A stretch of 49,219 bases of DNA from Abditibacteriaceae bacterium. Its GTDB lineage: Bacteria > Armatimonadota > Abditibacteriia > Abditibacteriales > Abditibacteriaceae. The notes under the pieces are model-generated. The model saw only the letters and a program-made list of their open reading frames with translations, searched no databases and was not told where the DNA came from. This document shows, piece after piece, positions 43,957-49,219 of this stretch. Positions within the stretch are counted from its first letter, which is position 1, and each line of letters opens with the position of its first letter. The stretch spans positions 1 through 49,219 of the forward strand of contig JANPJS010000259.1 of assembly GCA_031425655.1 (NCBI GenBank), read 5' to 3'. The translations under genes and the position numbers were made by a program.

Positions 43957-44946
43957 ATGCGAAATCTCACGAAAAATCATCGGAAGCCGCTTCCCATCGT
44001 GCTGGTGGCGGGCTTTTTGGGCGCCGGCAAAACCACGCTGATGCGGCGCTTGATTGGGGACGCCGCACGGCGCGAATTGCGTCCCGCCGTCATCGTCAAC
44101 GAATTTGGCGCCGCCGCCGTGGACAGCCATATTTTGCAGCAAGCCGATGCCGAACTCATCGCCGCGATCTCCGGTGGCTGCGCGTGTTGCAGCGGGCAGG
44201 ACGATTTGCGCGAAACTTTAATCGAACTCGCCACGCGCGGGGCTTCGACGCGGCCCAGCGTGATTTTGCTGGAAGCTTCCGGTTTGGCCGATCCGCTCTT
44301 ATTGATGGATGCCGTCACCAGCGCCGAATTGTTGCCGCTCGTGCGCGTGGCGAGCCTGATTGCGGTGGCTGATGCCGCGCGTCCTCTCGATTTCGGCGAC
44401 GAATTGGGGCCGCTTTTGCGTCGTCAGGTGCAATTAGCCGATGTGATCGTGCTCAATAAAACCGACATCGCGGGCGAAATGATAACGCAATCCGCAGCCG
44501 CGCTGCGCGCCGTCAATCCACGCGCCGATTTGCTGCCCTCGGTGCAAGCCGAGTGTGATTTAACGCCAATTTGGGCCGCGCTTTACGAAGACACGCCGCG
44601 CGATTTAGGAAGCCTTGCTGAAAACGCCGCGCCGCACGCGCATTATCATACGGTCGTGTGCCCCCTGCCGCATCCTGTGGAACGTGCGCGTTTGGAAGTC
44701 GCTCTCGGCAATCTTGGGCCGGAGGTTTGGCGCGCCAAAGGTTTCGTGCGCGTGCGCGGCTTGGGCGGCTGGCAACTGCTGCAATATACGGGCGGGCCGG
44801 GCGGCGGGCGCTGGCATCTCGCGCCGTTTCATTTGCCCGCCTACGCGCCGGAGCCGGACGGGTTTTTGGTTTTCATCGGCGCCGCGCTCGACCGCAAGCA
44901 ACTACTGCGCGAATTCGCCGGCACCAAGCTGCTGGCGATGATTTAA
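43957..44946 (+). CDS. COG0523/CobW family G3E GTPase (metallochaperone)
   Basis: GFLGAGKTT, NEFG, GCACC, EASG, NKTD and R.KG in the C-domain. Confidence 0.92.
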   Translation: MRNLTKNHRKPLPIVLVAGFLGAGKTTLMRRLIGDAARRELRPAVIVNEFGAAAVDSHILQQADAELIAAISGGCACCSGQDDLRETLIELATRGASTRPSVILLEASGLADPLLLMDAVTSAELLPLVRVASLIAVADAARPLDFGDELGPLLRRQVQLADVIVLNKTDIAGEMITQSAAALRAVNPRADLLPSVQAECDLTPIWAALYEDTPRDLGSLAENAAPHAHYHTVVCPLPHPVERARLEVALGNLGPEVWRAKGFVRVRGLGGWQLLQYTGGPGGGRWHLAPFHLPAYAPEPDGFLVFIGAALDRKQLLREFAGTKLLAMI

Positions 44947-44952
44947 AGACTT

Positions 44953-45180
44953 TTAGGCTATTTTTTTGAGTTGAGTCGTAGAGAGCACTTCTCTGGCGAA
45001 ATCCGGGCCGTTCCAACGCAGCGTGAGTGAACCTATGCCGCTGCCCTGACTGTAATCCAAACGAATGTCGTGGACGCCGGGCGATAAAGCGACGGGCTTG
45101 CTTTCTGCACTTTTGAGGGCTGCGGTTTGTAAATCGAGGTTCTGGTCTTGAGTTGAAACACGGGCGTAGCTGATCTGCAT
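44953..45180 (-). pseudogene. Chimeric ORF: serine-recombinase N-terminus fused to a PA14-like C-terminal fragment (copy 1)
   Basis: MQISYARVSTQDQNLDLQ..AL followed by LSPGVHDIRLDYSQGSG...LTLRWNGPDF. Confidence 0.75.
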
Positions 45181-45285
45181 GACTTCTCTTTTCCTTTTGT
45201 TCTGCTACCCGAATTGAAAAGAGGCAAGCTCTCGGAGTTAACACCGGCGAGTGCTCTCTTGAAACGTATTACGCCGGTTTAAATC
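44959..45285. repeat. Direct repeat, copy 1 (~325 bp)
   Basis: Aligns end to end with 48530-48850 at roughly 85-90% identity, judged by eye. Confidence 0.93.
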
Positions 45286-45371
45286 GCGCCGAAACGGCTC
45301 GGCCTGGTGCGCTTCGATGTCAGGCAGTTTCTCACTATGGTGGAAGAAGACTTACACTTGGCATCGAACTC

Positions 45372-48371
45372 ATGAATATCCCTTTACCCGCCAACGAAGA
45401 GCATCGTCTGCGCGCGCTCCACGAATATGCCATCCTCGACACGCCGCCTGAAGTGGCTTTCGAGCGCATCACGCGTTTGGCGGCGCAATTATTTCACGTT
45501 CCCATGGCCTTGGTGTCTCTGGTTGACCGCGACCGGCAGTGGTTCAAGTCGTGCTACGGCCTGGATGTGCGCCAGACCGACCGCGAAGTCTCCTTTTGCG
45601 CCCACGCCATTTTGGCCGATGAGGTGATGGTGGTGCCCGATGCCACCCTCGACGCACGTTTCGACGCAAATCCTCTGGTGACGGGCGAATTCGGTCTCCG
45701 CTTTTACGCCGGAGCGCCGCTCAGGGCGCCCGACGGCTTCAATCTGGGGTCGCTGTGCATCATTGACACTCAACCGCGCGAGTTCAGCCACGAGCAGTGC
45801 GCCGCCTTGAGCGACCTCGCGGCGATGGTAGTGGATGAGATGGAACTGCGCGTTGCAGGGGAAAAACTCCGCGTTGAGGTGGCCGAGAGCCATCGCCGTC
45901 AAGAAGCACTGCAATCCGCCGAAGCAAAGCTGCAACACGAGCGGCAATTCCTCAAAGTGCTGTTGGAAAGCACTCAGGAAGGTATCGTCGCCTGTGACGC
46001 CGAGGGCAATCTGACGCTGTTTAATCGCGCGACCCGCGAGTTTCACGGTCTGCCCGAACAGAGCGTGCCCGCCGAGGAATGGGCCGAGCATTGCGACTTG
46101 TATCTCGCCGACGGCCAAACGCCGATGCAAACCGCCGACATCCCGCTTTTTCGCGCTTTGCAGGGCGAAGTCATCCACGACGTCGAGATAGTTATCGCGC
46201 CCAAAAACGGCGCGTTTCGCTCGCTCCTCGCCAACGGACAGGCGATGTTCGACGATGAAGGGCGCAAACTGGGCGCGGTGGTGACGATGCACGACGTCAC
46301 GGCGCGCAAAGCCGCCGAAAAAGAGTTGCGCGAAAGCAAACGTTTCGCCGAAAGCATCGCCGAAAGCTCGACCAGCATTATTTACCTCTTCGATTTGCAA
46401 AAGCGCGCCAATGTTTACGCCAACCGCGACTTGACCGAGTTTCTGGGCTACAGCGCGGAGCAGGTGAAAGCGCTGGGCGGCGATATTTTGCCCACGATTA
46501 TTCATCCCGACGACCTGGCGTCTCTCAGTTCGCACCTGGACTCGTTCCAATTTAGAAGCGATGACGAAGTGGTCGAATTTGAGACGCGCATCCGCCACGC
46601 CGATGGGGACTATCGCTGGATCGCCAGCCGCGAGACGATTTTTAATCGCTATCCCGACGGCACGCCCTGCCAGATTCTGGGCAACTCGATTGACATCACG
46701 CCACGCAAGGAAGCAGAAACCGCGTTGCGAGCAGCCAATGATGAACTGGAAATTCGCGTCGCACGGCGCACCGATGCCTTAGCGAAAATCAATGCCAAAT
46801 TGCACGAGAGCCGTGAGCGTTTGCAAGCGATCTTGGACAATACCAGCGCCGTCGTTTATCTCAAGGACTTGGAAGGCCGTTATTTGCTCGTCAACCATAA
46901 GTTTGAGTTGCTGTTCAACGTCGGGCGCAAAACCCTCTTCGGCAAGACTGATTACGACTTTTTTCCCGCAGAGATGGCGGATGCTTTCAAGGCCAACGAC
47001 CAAAGAGTGGTGCAAGCTGGCGGGCCGCTGGAAATCGAAGAAGAAGCGCCGCAGTCAGATGGTCTGCATACGTATATTTCGATTAAATTCCCGCTCCGCG
47101 ATGCCGATGGCAAACCCTACGCGGTGTGTGGCATCTCGACCGACATCACTGAACGCAAGCGCAGCGAAGTCGCTTTGCAGGTTGCCAAAGAAGAAGCCGA
47201 ACGCGCCAACGCTGCTAAAGATGTGTTCCTTTCGCGCATGAGCCACGAACTGCGCACGCCGCTCAATGCGATTCTTGGTTTCGCGCAAATCCTGGAAATG
47301 CAGGAAAACGAATTAACCTCTGACCATAACGAAAGCGTGCGACAAATTCTCAAAGCCGGGCGACACCAACTCGATTTGGTGAACGAAGTCCTCGACATTG
47401 CGCGCATCAATGCTCCAGATTCGGTTCTGTCGCCAGAAGCAGTCGCCTTGAGTGAAGTTATTCAGGAAGCGCTCGATATGCTGCAGTCCCTGGCCGCTCC
47501 CACGAGGATTTCCTTAACCCAACAGTTTGCAGATGCGCCTCCCATTTTCGTTCTGGCAGATCGACAGCGTTTGTTGCAGATATTGCTCAATCTGCTGGCC
47601 AATGCCATCAAATACAACAAGCCAAATGGCCAGGTCAGGGTGTCCGCCGAGGTCTTGCCCCAAAATCGAGTGCGTGTCCACGTCCGCGACACGGGTCATG
47701 GCATCGCCGCCGAGGACTTGCCCAAGCTGTTCGCGCCGTTTTCTCGTTTGAACGCCGATAGGCTGGGAGTGGAAGGAACAGGATTGGGCTTGATGCTGTG
47801 CCAGCGTTTGGCCCAGGCGATGAGCGGCTCGCTGGACGTCGAAAGCCAACCAGGGCTGGGCAGCACGTTTTCGGTAGAGTTGCCCTTGGCTCAGCCGCCC
47901 GCTGAAACGGCAAGCGCCGATTTGATCGCGTCTGCACTCAGCATGAATGGAGTGGTTGCTCCAGCCACTGTCACTCCGTTAATTACTGCTCCGTTAGCTA
48001 AGCACACCATTCTGCTGATCGAAGACAATATGTCTAATTTTCAAGTTATCGAGAGGCTTTTGAATGATTTTAGTGATGTGAGGCTGGTGGGTGCGATGCA
48101 GGGTGGTCTCGGAGTGGAATTAGCCATCCATCACCGGCCCGAACTGATTTTGCTCGATTTGCATCTTCCCGACATCATGGGCGATGAAGTCCTGCGCCGC
48201 TTGCAGGCCAGTCCTGAAACTCAAAACATCCCCGTGATTGTGTTGAGTGCGGATGCTACGCCATCACAGATTAGCCTTTTGCTGGCGCTCGGCGCCCAGC
48301 AATACTTGACCAAACCACTCGATGTGAAGCAGTTCATCCAAGCGGTGAATGAAACGATTCACGCTCGTTAA
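45372..48371 (+). CDS. Soluble hybrid histidine kinase, GAF-PAS-PAS-PAS-HisKA-HATPase-REC
   Basis: RLRALHEY.ILDT and RFYAGAPL (GAF); three PAS/PAC domains; MSHELRTPLNAILG; NAIKYN; GTGLGL; ILLDLHLPD. Confidence 0.95.
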   Translation: MNIPLPANEEHRLRALHEYAILDTPPEVAFERITRLAAQLFHVPMALVSLVDRDRQWFKSCYGLDVRQTDREVSFCAHAILADEVMVVPDATLDARFDANPLVTGEFGLRFYAGAPLRAPDGFNLGSLCIIDTQPREFSHEQCAALSDLAAMVVDEMELRVAGEKLRVEVAESHRRQEALQSAEAKLQHERQFLKVLLESTQEGIVACDAEGNLTLFNRATREFHGLPEQSVPAEEWAEHCDLYLADGQTPMQTADIPLFRALQGEVIHDVEIVIAPKNGAFRSLLANGQAMFDDEGRKLGAVVTMHDVTARKAAEKELRESKRFAESIAESSTSIIYLFDLQKRANVYANRDLTEFLGYSAEQVKALGGDILPTIIHPDDLASLSSHLDSFQFRSDDEVVEFETRIRHADGDYRWIASRETIFNRYPDGTPCQILGNSIDITPRKEAETALRAANDELEIRVARRTDALAKINAKLHESRERLQAILDNTSAVVYLKDLEGRYLLVNHKFELLFNVGRKTLFGKTDYDFFPAEMADAFKANDQRVVQAGGPLEIEEEAPQSDGLHTYISIKFPLRDADGKPYAVCGISTDITERKRSEVALQVAKEEAERANAAKDVFLSRMSHELRTPLNAILGFAQILEMQENELTSDHNESVRQILKAGRHQLDLVNEVLDIARINAPDSVLSPEAVALSEVIQEALDMLQSLAAPTRISLTQQFADAPPIFVLADRQRLLQILLNLLANAIKYNKPNGQVRVSAEVLPQNRVRVHVRDTGHGIAAEDLPKLFAPFSRLNADRLGVEGTGLGLMLCQRLAQAMSGSLDVESQPGLGSTFSVELPLAQPPAETASADLIASALSMNGVVAPATVTPLITAPLAKHTILLIEDNMSNFQVIERLLNDFSDVRLVGAMQGGLGVELAIHHRPELILLDLHLPDIMGDEVLRRLQASPETQNIPVIVLSADATPSQISLLLALGAQQYLTKPLDVKQFIQAVNETIHAR

Positions 48372-48528
48372 GAGCAGGTAGCCCCAAGATGGAGAGGCAA
48401 TTCCATGGTTTGGCGCGTTTTCAGAAACGGTCGGTATCAAGACCTTTTCCCCTGATCTAAAAGCTCTTGAAGCAAACAAACGTCAGTCGGTTACAATGAC
48501 TTTTGGCCCGGTGTGCTTAGGCGTTACC

Positions 48529-48744
48529 TTATTTTTTGAGCTGAGTCGTTGACAGCACTTCTCTGGCGAAATCCGGGCCGTTCCAGCGCAGCGTTAAAGA
48601 ACCCATGCCGTTGCCCTAACTGTAATCCAAACGGATGTCGTGGACGCCGGGCGATAAAGCGATGGGCTTGCTTTCCTGCGAGGCTGCGGCTTGTAAATCG
48701 AGGTTCTGGTCTTGAGTTGAAACACGGGCGTAGCTGATCTGCAT
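48529..48744 (-). pseudogene. Resolvase-PA14 chimera, copy 2, with a premature stop
   Basis: Same reading frame as copy 1, but CAG is replaced by TAG at 48616-48618. Confidence 0.75.
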
Positions 48745-48850
48745 GACTTCTTCTTTTCCTTTCGTTCCGGTGCCCGAATTGAAAAAAAATAAGCTCTCGG
48801 AGTTAGCACCGGCGGGTGTTTTCTTGAAACGCATTACGCCGGCTTAAATC
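48530..48850. repeat. Direct repeat, copy 2
   Basis: Matches 44959-45285. Confidence 0.93.
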
Positions 48851-48963
48851 AAGAAGAAGTGTTTGAGAAAGGTCTGCGAGAATGTGGCTCCCGTTCGGCG
48901 CGGCTGCAAAACAGCCCCTTCGATTTTCTTCTTAAAAAGGAGGGGATTTAGACGTCGTGACAA

Positions 48964-49218
48964 TTAATTGTTGTCCCACAACGTTGAGCCTCCCATGCGG
49001 CTGCCATTGACGATTTTATCAATGGGATAGAACTTGACATGCCCGTCAATAAACGCCGAGTTGGCACCACCCAAGTGGACTGGAATGGGACGCCAAGGAT
49101 CGCCTGTCCAACAACAAGCATCATATCCGGCAGTAGTCAACAATGGAGACTGCGTGAACCGCACGTATCCTGTTACATTGCTTGTTGTGTTCCAATTCCA
49201 ATCTACTGGAGCCGCCGC
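48964..49218 (-). CDS. 3' part of a DUF1559/prepilin-type protein with an H-X9-DG-CTERM motif (partial)
   Basis: HLGGANSAFIDGHVK; the frame is open to the window edge. Confidence 0.8.
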   Translation of the reverse strand, partial: AAAPVDWNWNTTSNVTGYVRFTQSPLLTTAGYDACCWTGDPWRPIPVHLGGANSAFIDGHVKFYPIDKIVNGSRMGGSTLWDNN

Positions 49219-49219
49219 C

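Noticed and set aside
44959..48850. The diverged repeat pair as a DGR template/variable repeat or an invertible switch
   Set aside because: Mismatches are not adenine-specific, no reverse transcriptase is present, and the copies are in direct rather than inverted orientation.
1..49219. tRNA, rRNA, prophage or intact transposase/integrase
   Set aside because: No cloverleaf or rRNA signatures, and no phage or DDE/tyrosine recombinase ORFs, were recognised by eye.

Overview
A GC-rich bacterial chromosomal segment, probably Abditibacteriota/Armatimonadota-like. That lineage call is an inference from the DUF1552/DUF1592 pair, the H-X9-DG-CTERM pilin-like gene at the right edge, DUF3386 and the repeat style. 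Coding content is mostly housekeeping and metabolic: fba, a PPi-type Pfk, a PfkB kinase, an acyl-ACP desaturase, a gcvT-H-PA-PB-lipM operon, recN, comF, pgeF, a GH10 xylanase with a BNR/LamG glycosidase, a DRB0094-type RNA ligase and a COG0523 GTPase. Signalling genes include an ECF sigma factor, REC, HD-GYP, GGDEF and a hybrid kinase. I found no rRNA, tRNA, CRISPR array or intact transposase. The unusual biology lies in the small-scale DNA. Many spacers carry palindromic cassettes built from 7-9-nt tandem units. An ISAs1-type MITE with a perfect 10-bp target duplication is nested inside a REP-like palindrome, which sits inside a second MITE-like element. The same 19-nt micro-insert interrupts the right arm of two unrelated palindromes 25 kb apart. 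A ~0.5-kb cassette has duplicated the 3' end of the desaturase gene. A toxin-antitoxin pair is spliced into the gcvPA/gcvPB junction, and a heptamer tract lies in frame inside lipM. A hybrid kinase is bracketed by direct repeats that encode a resolvase-PA14 chimera. All product calls come from motif recognition by eye; no database searches were run.
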